DNA from: a virus
Virus record (IMG/VR): IMGVR_UViG_3300008267_000004
Location: 96,001 to 160,000 of that record
Strand: one strand, 5' to 3'
DNA: 64,000 nucleotides
In this document: piece after piece, positions 8,491 to 14,778 of the stretch
Position numbering within the stretch: position 1 is the first letter of the stretch
Layout: the number at the start of each line of letters is the position of its first letter
Made by a program: the position numbers and the translations under genes
Notes under the pieces: generated by a model
Databases searched by the model: none
Told to the model about the DNA's origin: nothing
The model's input: only the letters and a program-made list of their open reading frames with translations

Positions 8491-8716
8491 GTAAATGTTT
8501 ATATCTAGCTATTGAACCGCTATCGTAGCTCATGAGTTCATCTTCGTCGTTCCAAAGAACATGATATTCTTTATATCCCTTAATAACACCTGGAGTAATT
8601 TCCGAAATATAACCAATAATTGGTACATCCATTGAATCAAAATAATCTGGCTCTACACACATAACCAGATCGCCAACTTTATGCTTTTCAAAATTTACTT
8701 TGTAACCACTAGGCAT
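8441..8716 (-). CDS. small SH3/KOW-like array protein (subfamily B)
   Basis: HKVGDLV, IGYI, YHVLWND. Confidence 0.78.
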   Translation of the reverse strand: MPSGYKVNFEKHKVGDLVMCVEPDYFDSMDVPIIGYISEITPGVIKGYKEYHVLWNDEDELMSYDSGSIARYKHLLVETLEGYENEEEARD

Positions 8717-8922
8717 GGCTCATTTACCTTATCTTCTACCCATTCTTCTGCAAACCAACCACAATCAACACCAAATTCACCTAAATCTTCAGAAGGCTCG
8801 CAGAAGTGAATAAGATAATCATTATATCTTCCACGATGATTTTTTTTCTTGATTATCACTCCAAGACCATAATATTCATCATATATCAATTGACCGTTCT
8901 TGAATTTGAATTGGCAATCCAT
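8695..8922 (-). CDS. small SH3/KOW-like array protein (subfamily B)
   Basis: FKNGQLI, LGVI, YLIHF. Confidence 0.72.
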   Translation of the reverse strand: MDCQFKFKNGQLIYDEYYGLGVIIKKKNHRGRYNDYLIHFCEPSEDLGEFGVDCGWFAEEWVEDKVNEPCLVVTK

Positions 8923-9157
8923 TTAACGCATCCTGATAGTTTTGAATAATCTCAGCAATAAAGTTTGCTTCGTCGCTGTACCAATCATCATCGTTATCGT
9001 CAAAGATGATGTTGTATGGGAATGAAGTATTAGGATTTTTATCTATCGCAACAATCACTCCAATAGAGGGTTGAAGAAATTTATGATCTTCTCTATCTGG
9101 TTTTGGTAGAAACAAAACAGGTGTACCAACTTTATAATCCGTATCCATATTCCTCAC
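8879..9157 (-). CDS. small SH3/KOW-like array protein (subfamily B)
   Basis: YKVGTPV, IGVI, YNIIFDD. Confidence 0.78.
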   Translation of the reverse strand: MRNMDTDYKVGTPVLFLPKPDREDHKFLQPSIGVIVAIDKNPNTSFPYNIIFDDNDDDWYSDEANFIAEIIQNYQDALNGLPIQIQERSIDI

Positions 9158-9395
9158 TCAACCTTTCAGCTTCTTCTGGCATCATCTTGCCGTTAACAGC
9201 TTGTTTCCAATACAGTTCAACCCAAGGTTCTTCATACCATGAATCTTCATCATCTTCCCAGATGATTCTGTATACGTATTCGTTGTCCTCTTCTTTTATG
9301 TCCACAATTGCGCCCAACTGTGGGGTCATAATTTTTTCGTAATTGGGTCCAGTATCTATATAACAAACAACTGGAGTTCCTATCTTAAGGATCAT
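9132..9395 (-). CDS. small SH3/KOW-like array protein (subfamily B)
   Basis: LKIGTPV, LGAI, YRIIWED. Confidence 0.78.
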   Translation of the reverse strand: MILKIGTPVVCYIDTGPNYEKIMTPQLGAIVDIKEEDNEYVYRIIWEDDEDSWYEEPWVELYWKQAVNGKMMPEEAERLSEEYGYGL

Positions 9396-9426
9396 TGTTT
9401 TTCCTTTAGGTCAAGAAAAGTCAATT

Positions 9427-9600
9427 TCATGGGTTATATTTTTCCACAATATTAATATCCAACAAGATACCACACCAAGGACAATACGTAATTGGTTGTG
9501 GTTCCATGATTAAATAGAATCTATCAACTTCGTAATTAAAATAGATTCCATAACGTTCAGACTCATCACAACATTTTACGTCTACTGTATCGTTTGCCAT
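9427..9600 (-). CDS. small Cys-containing hypothetical protein (57 aa, not in ORF track)
   Basis: Manual translation MANDTVDVKCCDES...ITYCPWCG...; its start overlaps the stop of 9600..9845. Confidence 0.6.
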   Translation of the reverse strand: MANDTVDVKCCDESERYGIYFNYEVDRFYLIMEPQPITYCPWCGILLDINIVEKYNP

Positions 9601-9845
9601 TATGCCTTCCTGTTCCGCTCATTGTGCTTACGGAGCCTTTCTGAGTTTCTTTTAGCTAACAACGTAGCCGTCTTTAGCTGTTGCATTAATCTGATATGCC
9701 TATCTTGTTTTGCACGCTCCATATCCTTTATAAACCTACGATCAAGAACCCAGCTTTCAATCTTTGGAAGAATAAAGAGGTTCCAGATGTTAAAGAAGAA
9801 GATAGTACAGTTAATGAAAATAATCATATACAGTACATCACGCAT
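9600..9845 (-). CDS. hypothetical membrane-anchored protein
   Basis: N-terminal hydrophobic helix followed by a basic coiled tail. Confidence 0.6.
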   Translation of the reverse strand: MRDVLYMIIFINCTIFFFNIWNLFILPKIESWVLDRRFIKDMERAKQDRHIRLMQQLKTATLLAKRNSERLRKHNERNRKA

Positions 9846-10240
9846 TACGCCTTACCCTTGTGATTGGTGTTACCCTCAAACACGGCAACAGTCTGATAAG
9901 CAAAACCGGGTGACGACTTAAGTCCATGACCAATCTGGCATGACTTACCCTTGTGGAAACCGCTGTTTACCTGCCAGAAATCAATATAGGCAGCACGATC
10001 AGCTTCCGTATTGAAGCGCATAATGGACACGCCTGCCTGCTTACCGTCAGAATTCTGCACACCAGCATAACGAACAGTAGTCTCGTCGCTGCAATCAACA
10101 CAGTGAGTAGACAAACCACCAGCAGCACGCTTTGCCTTACTAAACGTATCAAACTCACCACCACACTCAACACATTCGCGGATCATATAAACCTCTGAAA
10201 AAGTGGTATAAGCGCCCAAACCCAGCAGATAGTATAGCAA
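9845..10240 (-). CDS. hypothetical zinc-finger protein
   Basis: CVECG...CVDC; real start probably at MIRECV (~10186), downstream of promoter 10231-10259. Confidence 0.7.
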   Translation of the reverse strand: MLYYLLGLGAYTTFSEVYMIRECVECGGEFDTFSKAKRAAGGLSTHCVDCSDETTVRYAGVQNSDGKQAGVSIMRFNTEADRAAYIDFWQVNSGFHKGKSCQIGHGLKSSPGFAYQTVAVFEGNTNHKGKA

Positions 10241-10259
10241 AAACTGGCTGTGAAGTCAA
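10231..10259 (-). promoter_or_regulatory. sigma70-like promoter
   Basis: TTGACT-17-TATACT with TG extension. Confidence 0.8.
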
Positions 10260-10286
10260 CCAGGAAAAAAACTGCACGGATAGAAC

Positions 10287-10318
10287 AAAAAAACCCCGCC
10301 TAACTTAATAGGCGGGGT
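10287..10318 (-). terminator. intrinsic terminator closing the tRNA/ncRNA operon
   Basis: ACCCCGCC-10 nt-GGCGGGGT hairpin followed by a U tract. Confidence 0.85.
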
Positions 10319-10552
10319 AAGTGGAAACCACACTAGAATATAATAATGTGTAGCTTATCGGGTTTTGCCATCTCTTCGCGGGCAAGTCACTAGATGCACT
10401 TCAATAACTTTCTAGGCTCTCCATGGGAACATGGAAGGGATAAATGTATGTAAAAATAAAAAGTCCCAAAACCTAGACTGGTGTTCATCAGCATCGTAAA
10501 ACACCATTTACTGTAAAATATGTCCTATCCACTTAGTTCTGAATTAAGTACA
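10319..10552 (-). ncRNA. putative structured ncRNA C (shared GCGAAGA motif)
   Basis: No ORF; AAGTGGA/TCCACTT closing helix, several hairpins, and a copy of the 40-nt motif at 10354-10393. Confidence 0.55.
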
Positions 10553-10555
10553 AAT

Positions 10556-10644
10556 TGGCGGAAAGTGTTGGATTTGAACCAACGGACCCTTTAGGGATCG
10601 ACAGTTTAGCAAACTGCTCGTTTAAGCCGCTCACGCAACTTTCC
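10556..10644 (-). tRNA. tRNA-Ser(GCT)
   Basis: Cloverleaf, long variable arm, loop TTGCTAA, CCA encoded. Confidence 0.92.
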
Positions 10645-10652
10645 ATGAAAAC

Positions 10653-10728
10653 TGGAGAGGGTAGTAAGATTCGCACTTACGATTGGGAGTTTTGCAGGCT
10701 CCTGCCTTACTCTCTTGGCTATACCCTC
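10653..10728 (-). tRNA. tRNA-Cys(GCA)
   Basis: Acceptor GAGGGTA/TACCCTC, loop CTGCAAA, U73, CCA. Confidence 0.9.
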
Positions 10729-10731
10729 ATA

Positions 10732-10820
10732 TGGAGGAAGAAGTGAGATTCGAACTCACGGACCCTTGTGGGATCTCTTGTTTTCTAGACAAGTACCATA
10801 AACCGCTCGGTCATTCTTCC
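10732..10820 (-). tRNA. tRNA-Ser(AGA)
   Basis: Perfect CTTGT/ACAAG stem, loop CTAGAAA, long variable arm, CCA. Confidence 0.85.
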
Positions 10821-10827
10821 AAAAAAT

Positions 10828-10903
10828 TGGTAGGTTCAACAGGAATTGCACCTGTACTCTCTCGATTATCAGTCGAGTGCTTTACTAATTAAGCTATGAA
10901 CCC
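10828..10903 (-). tRNA. tRNA-Ile(GAT)
   Basis: CTCGA-CTGATAA-TCGAG, CCA. Confidence 0.92.
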
Positions 10904-10904
10904 T

Positions 10905-11178
10905 CACAAAGCAAGTAGTTAACAGGGACACTTCGACTATGGTCCCCAATGGGATCGAAGAAATGTCCTTTTCGATGGGTAACTATCTTCGCTGTTACCA
11001 CACTAGAGTTATTTTTTAGCTTTTAGGCCCATTCCAGATTCTAAGTCTAGGGGAACCAAGGGGGCTTAATCACCAACCCACCTATTATCCCACGCCAGGG
11101 ATTCATCTAGCTAACTACAAAAAGTAACCCATCAGTTTGAGGATACTAAGTTTCAGCATAGCCTTGACAGGTTTTGTT
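10905..11178 (-). ncRNA. putative structured ncRNA A (shared GCGAAGA motif)
   Basis: Non-coding ~270 nt between tRNAs; GATGGGTTACT/AGTTACCCATC long-range pairing; motif copy at 10967-11006. Confidence 0.6.
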
Positions 11179-11180
11179 AT

Positions 11181-11258
11181 TGGCGAGGAGTACGGGACTT
11201 GAACCCGTGATCTCTGGCGTGACAGGCCAGTGCTTTAAACCAACTAAGCTAACTCCCC
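11181..11258 (-). tRNA. tRNA-Asp(GTC)
   Basis: CTGGC-CTGTCAC-GCCAG, CCA. Confidence 0.93.
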
Positions 11259-11269
11259 ATTAAAAGATT

Positions 11270-11354
11270 TGGTAGGGTCAGTCGGATTCGAACCGACACT
11301 CCTTGCGGAACCAGATTTTGAGTCTAGCGTGGCTACCTGTTACACCATGACCCC
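11270..11354 (-). tRNA. tRNA-Leu(CAA)
   Basis: CTAGA-CTCAAAA-TCTGG, long variable arm, CCA. Confidence 0.92.
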
Positions 11355-11362
11355 ACAAAAAG

Positions 11363-11706
11363 AACAGCATAAGGTGTGTTACTACACCAAAAGGAACCCA
11401 TACTTGCTACTTTGCATACCTCACGTTATCATCCGCTTGGCACTGTTCTGCTTGTATGCCGGGCATTCTCCTATTCCCCAACCCAGCAGGACTGATTTAT
11501 TTACAATTAAGTTAGTCGTGGTTTACCTACTTAACCCGGCTGATTACGGTTTTGAACCATCTATAGTTTATCGGGGTTTCCATAGACAATTTTCAGTACG
11601 CTTTCGCTCTGTCCACGCTGGAAAACAGCTTAACTAACACCTGCCTAGGATTTCGTCCTACTCATTATAAGATGGCTACTCTTAAGCCAACTTCCCGTAT
11701 GCTGTT
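11363..11706 (-). ncRNA. large structured ncRNA containing a 23S rRNA H43/H44 (uL11-binding) domain mimic
   Basis: 9-bp terminal helix AACAGCATA/TATGCTGTT; 5' part GGGAAGTTGGCTTAAGAGTAGCCATCTTATAATGAGT and 3' part GTGTAGTAACACACC align to 23S nt ~1054-1105 with compensatory changes. Confidence 0.8.
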
Positions 11707-11716
11707 TACAACTATT

Positions 11717-11791
11717 TGGTTCCGGTAGATGGATTCGAACCACCGTTCACAGATTCAAAGTCTGCTGTCCTGCCAGTTAGACGATACCGGA
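11717..11791 (-). tRNA. tRNA-Gln(TTG)
   Basis: GCAGA-CTTTGAA-TCTGT, CCA. Confidence 0.92.
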
Positions 11792-11796
11792 TCAAA

Positions 11797-11881
11797 TGGT
11801 GGGCAAGGTCGGAATCGAACCGACACTCCTTTCGGAACTGGCTTCTAAGACCAGCGCGGCTACCAGTTACGCCACCTGCCC
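11797..11881 (-). tRNA. tRNA-Leu(TAG)
   Basis: CTGGT-CTTAGAA-GCCAG, long variable arm, CCA. Confidence 0.92.
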
Positions 11882-11890
11882 ATACTACTA

Positions 11891-12289
11891 TTAGAAATCT
11901 ACAATCTTCTTGAATTCAGTACCCGGTTCCATAACCAAGGGTTCCTCGCGTACCTCTACCCAACCGCTGTAGTAGCCGTTTGATGAGTTACGGAATTCAA
12001 TCGTACAGTGACCCTTATCGGTCTTAACCTTGATCATGTTAACCTGGATAAGGTTATAGTTGTCCTCCCATGAATCCCCGCCAACATTCTCGTATTCAAG
12101 GAACTTGGCATTGTCAAACACCAGAGCGTTATCACAATGTTCAAACCATGAATTAGAACAACAATCACCGTAGGCGTTAAGGCTATACCACACACCATCA
12201 ACCTTCCACATCATAACGTCGCGGTTCTGGTTGATAAGCGCATCAGTAATCGTTTTGCCCACCATCGGCTCAAAATCATTATAACCCAT
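11891..12289 (-). CDS. conserved phage hypothetical protein within the tRNA cluster
   Basis: 132 aa with GDCCSNSWFE and SNGYYSGW motifs; RBS-like AGGTGT upstream. Confidence 0.8.
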   Translation of the reverse strand: MGYNDFEPMVGKTITDALINQNRDVMMWKVDGVWYSLNAYGDCCSNSWFEHCDNALVFDNAKFLEYENVGGDSWEDNYNLIQVNMIKVKTDKGHCTIEFRNSSNGYYSGWVEVREEPLVMEPGTEFKKIVDF

Positions 12290-12339
12290 AATACACCTAT
12301 ACGATTTGTGGCGGCTGGCAGGCCGCGTTAGACAAAATT

Positions 12340-12413
12340 TGGTGCTTCCACTCAGAATCGAACTGAGAACGCTGCGTTACAAAGGCAGAGTTATACCGTT
12401 TAACTATAGAAGC
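12340..12413 (-). tRNA. tRNA-Thr(TGT)
   Basis: Loop TTTGTAA; acceptor GCTTCTA/TGGAAGC; CCA. Confidence 0.88.
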
Positions 12414-12417
12414 ATGA

Positions 12418-12633
12418 TGAATCTGCAATTGAAAGATTGAATTTCAATGGGGTTTGCAAGCCCTATTCAACCCTTGTCGATGGCAAACGATCTTCGCTGT
12501 TTGCACACTAGCTGCTTTGTTTGTTAATTGCTCTGATGCCGCTTAACAGAGTTGGCAACTCCTAGTCGTCAGTTTGCATGGTGTAAGTAGCAAAACATCC
12601 ACTAAAGTTATTCATCTATCTTTTGCAGATTCA
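12418..12633 (-). ncRNA. putative structured ncRNA B (shared GCGAAGA motif)
   Basis: Perfect 11-bp terminal helix TGAATCTGCAA/TTGCAGATTCA; motif copy at 12472-12511. Confidence 0.65.
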
Positions 12634-12636
12634 AAT

Positions 12637-12711
12637 TGGTTGGAGAACTAGGATTCGAACCTAGATAGGCAGATTCAGAGTCTGCCGTCCTGCCCGTTAG
12701 ACGATTCCCCA
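12637..12711 (-). tRNA. tRNA-Gln(CTG)
   Basis: GCAGA-CTCTGAA-TCTGC, CCA. Confidence 0.92.
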
Positions 12712-12716
12712 ACAAA

Positions 12717-12793
12717 TGGCGAGGATAGTAGGAGTTGAACCTACAACTTCCAGACTCGTAATCTGGTACTCTCTCCAATTGAGTTATATCCCC
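12717..12793 (-). tRNA. tRNA-Arg(ACG)
   Basis: CCAGA-TTACGAG-TCTGG, CCA. Confidence 0.92.
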
Positions 12794-12797
12794 ATGT

Positions 12798-12871
12798 TGG
12801 CAGGTCGTGAAGGAATCGAACCCTCGTCAACTGATTTGGAGGCAGTTATGTTTCCATTACACTAACGACCC
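12798..12871 (-). tRNA. tRNA-Trp(CCA)
   Basis: Loop CTCCAAA; acceptor GGGTCGT/ACGACCT; CCA. Confidence 0.9.
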
Positions 12872-12878
12872 ACTAACC

Positions 12879-13259
12879 TTACGTTTCTGACTTTGTTTCC
12901 TCTGCTGGGGTTTCATCCTTAACATAACGCAGGGCAAGATGATTAAAGATATCTACCTTGACGTTATAACTAAGTTCAACCTCAACAATATCGCAGTTCA
13001 GATATGGATTGTGCTTCATATCAGCAAATGCACCAAAGTCAAACGTGCTAAATCTTCCATCCTGTCCACGCTTTAGAACAGCATTTCTTCCGTAATAATT
13101 ATCTTTGTATACATTGGTTAGATGTAGGTTAAGAGTCTTTAACGAATCCCACATTTTACCATGACGACCAAAACACGGCCAACTTGATCCAGATGAAAAA
13201 AGACCATCTTTACGACGACGAATCATATAGATTTTATTTTCTTCCTGCTTTTCCTTCAT
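12879..13259 (-). CDS. phage hypothetical protein within the tRNA cluster
   Basis: 126 aa, motif GLFSSGS...FGRHGKMW...LHL; RBS GAGG upstream. Confidence 0.75.
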   Translation of the reverse strand: MKEKQEENKIYMIRRRKDGLFSSGSSWPCFGRHGKMWDSLKTLNLHLTNVYKDNYYGRNAVLKRGQDGRFSTFDFGAFADMKHNPYLNCDIVEVELSYNVKVDIFNHLALRYVKDETPAEETKSET

Positions 13260-13286
13260 ATTATCCTCAAGTAGTTAGAACATATT

Positions 13287-13361
13287 TGGTGACCCTACAG
13301 GGAATTGAACCCTGATCTAGAGATTGAGAATCTCTTGTCCTAACCTTTAGACGATAGGGCC
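13287..13361 (-). tRNA. tRNA-Glu(CTC)
   Basis: AGAGA-TTCTCAA-TCTCT, CCA. Confidence 0.92.
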
Positions 13362-13365
13362 AAAT

Positions 13366-13441
13366 TGGGGTGGACAACGGGAATCGAACCCGTATAGCCG
13401 GAGTCACAGTCCAGTACTTTAACCATTTAAGATATGTCCAC
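13366..13441 (-). tRNA. tRNA-His(GTG)
   Basis: CTGGA-CTGTGAC-TCCGG, C73, CCA; the -1 position is T, not G. Confidence 0.9.
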
Positions 13442-13446
13442 ACTTT

Positions 13447-13523
13447 TGGTTGAAACGGTGGGAGTCGAACCCACAATAATCTGCGTATGAGACAGATGCT
13501 TTAACCTGTTAAGCTACGTTTCA
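13447..13523 (-). tRNA. tRNA-Met or Ile2 (CAT)
   Basis: TCTGT-CTCATAC-GCAGA; paired T1-A72 and no GGG/CCC anticodon stem, so not an initiator. Confidence 0.85.
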
Positions 13524-13530
13524 ACGATCT

Positions 13531-13605
13531 TGGTCGGAACAACAGGATTTGAACCTGTAACATTCTGCGTGTAAAGCAGACGCTCTACCATTGAGCTATG
13601 TTCCG
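13531..13605 (-). tRNA. tRNA-Val(TAC)
   Basis: TCTGC-TTTACAC-GCAGA, CCA. Confidence 0.92.
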
Positions 13606-13617
13606 ATAAAACAAAAT

Positions 13618-13694
13618 TGGTCGGGGTAGCAGGATTCGAACCTGCGACCTCTTGATCCCAAATCAAGCGCACTACCAAGCTGTGCTATACCCCG
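13618..13694 (-). tRNA. tRNA-Pro(TGG)
   Basis: CTTGA-TTTGGGA-TCAAG, C1-G72, CCA. Confidence 0.93.
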
Positions 13695-13698
13695 GTTA

Positions 13699-13785
13699 TG
13701 GTGGGAGATGAAGGAGTCGCGCCTACGGAGTCCCATGGACGATAGATTTACAGTCTACCCCGTCCCTCTAACGGTATAACCTCCC
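13699..13785 (-). tRNA. tRNA-Tyr(GTA), atypical D/T loops
   Basis: GTAGA-CTGTAAA-TCTAT, long variable arm, T loop CGCGACT, CCA. Confidence 0.82.
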
Positions 13786-13810
13786 ATTTCTAATTATCTT
13801 AACAGTCTCC

Positions 13811-13845
13811 AAAAAAAGTCCAGCTTTTTCGCCAAGAAGCTGGAA
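13811..13845 (-). terminator. terminator-like hairpin inside the tRNA cluster
   Basis: CCAGCTTCTT-GGCG-AAAAAGCTGG followed by ACTTTTTTT. Confidence 0.6.
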
Positions 13846-14124
13846 ACTTGTTCGATGCTGGCTGATTTATAGCTTTCGCTATACGAGAACCACTCGCTTT
13901 CTTAATGTTAGTGGAACCTTTTTGCTCCATCGCAAGCATTGGCAGTTCCAAGCCAAAATCTTTTTTCTGTGAGTTGATTGCCCGAAAGGAAACACAGATG
14001 GTAGATTAGACCGAAAAAGAAAGACGAGTCAGTACCGCTTAATTGCAGTTAAGCTTCCTTCGCTTCTGCAAGAACCGCACATAAGATTCCCGCTCATATT
14101 GGGGAATCTTATGTGCGCTCGTCT
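13811..14124 (-). ncRNA. putative structured ncRNA D
   Basis: No ORF; perfect 15-bp hairpin 14077-14116, AGACGAG/CTCGTCT helix, TATAGC-GAAA-GCTATA hairpin, TGGAAC/GTTCCA helix. Confidence 0.55.
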
Positions 14125-14126
14125 AA

Positions 14127-14202
14127 TGGTGAATCGGGAGGGAATCGAACCCTCAACAAACTGGTTAAGAGCCAGTTACTCTACCAATTGAGTTACCGAT
14201 TC
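14127..14202 (-). tRNA. tRNA-Lys(CTT)
   Basis: ACTGG-CTCTTAA-CCAGT, CCA. Confidence 0.92.
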
Positions 14203-14207
14203 ATATT

Positions 14208-14283
14208 TGGTGCTGCCCCTTGGAATCGAACCAAGTTCAAAGGCTCTTCAGACCTCCGCTATGACCACATCAGCTAAAGCAGC
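14208..14283 (-). tRNA. tRNA-Phe(GAA)
   Basis: GAGGT-CTGAAGA-GCCTT, CCA. Confidence 0.9.
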
Positions 14284-14288
14284 ATAAT

Positions 14289-14363
14289 TGGTGACCCTAA
14301 GCGGATTTGAACCGCTGTAACAGCCTTGAAAGGGCTGTGTCCTAACCGTTAGACGATAGGGCC
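14289..14363 (-). tRNA. tRNA-Glu(TTC)
   Basis: CAGCC-CTTTCAA-GGCTG, CCA. Confidence 0.93.
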
Positions 14364-14428
14364 ATGAAAGATGACCCCTGCGTACCCGAATAGTCTACAG
14401 ACTAAACGGGCAGAGGCAAGGGCCGTTA

Positions 14429-14505
14429 TGGTAGGAAATGTGAGATTCGAACTCACGACCAATCGCTTAAAAGGCGAGTGCTCTAACCGACTGAGCTAAT
14501 TTCCC
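14429..14505 (-). tRNA. tRNA-Lys(TTT)
   Basis: Loop CTTTTAA, CCA. Confidence 0.92.
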
Positions 14506-14511
14506 ATGAAT

Positions 14512-14587
14512 TGGCTGATCCGGTAGGATTCGAACCTACGGTAGGCGAGTTAACAGCTCGCTGCCTTACCTGCTTGGCTACGGATCA
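14512..14587 (-). tRNA. tRNA-Asn(GTT)
   Basis: GCGAG-CTGTTAA-CTCGC, G73, CCA. Confidence 0.92.
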
Positions 14588-14778
14588 ACATATTCTTTTA
14601 GTACAGATTCTGTTAGGGTTATAGTAACTTCGTTACCATTTCGTCTATGCTTACCGACTACATAATAAACTCCGCTATTACTACCATACCACAAATTTGG
14701 TCCAACGATTCGCATTGGCTGAATAATCTCTTCTGAGAAGATACAAGTTACAAGATCACCCGGCTTAAAACGATTCAT
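14578..14778 (-). CDS. small SH3/KOW-like protein within the tRNA cluster
   Basis: FKPGDLV motif and C-terminal ESVLKEY; RBS GGAGAG; its stop codon lies within the 5' end of tRNA-Asn. Confidence 0.7.
   Translation of the reverse strand: MNRFKPGDLVTCIFSEEIIQPMRIVGPNLWYGSNSGVYYVVGKHRRNGNEVTITLTESVLKEYVDP

Noticed and set aside
10905-11178. Group I intron (ATGCTGAAAC and GAAGATAG resemble P and S elements)
   Set aside because: No R element or P7 pairing, and the element does not interrupt a gene.
11363-11706. Fragment of a real 23S rRNA gene or host contamination
   Set aside because: Only the 58-nt domain matches, it is split by a non-rRNA insertion, it has its own closing helix, and it sits between intact phage tRNAs.
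10480-12560. Hammerhead ribozyme (CTGATGA in element C, CTGACGA in element B)
   Set aside because: The required GAAA after stem II and the UH cleavage junction are not found in the right positions.
10319-14124. tmRNA, RNase P RNA or SRP RNA identity for the large spacers
   Set aside because: There is no GGGGC.../T-arm-CCA tmRNA end pair or tag ORF and no GAGGAAAGUCC RNase P signature. The GAAGGAAGC in element D lacks the SRP CAGG/AGCA loop and closing stem.
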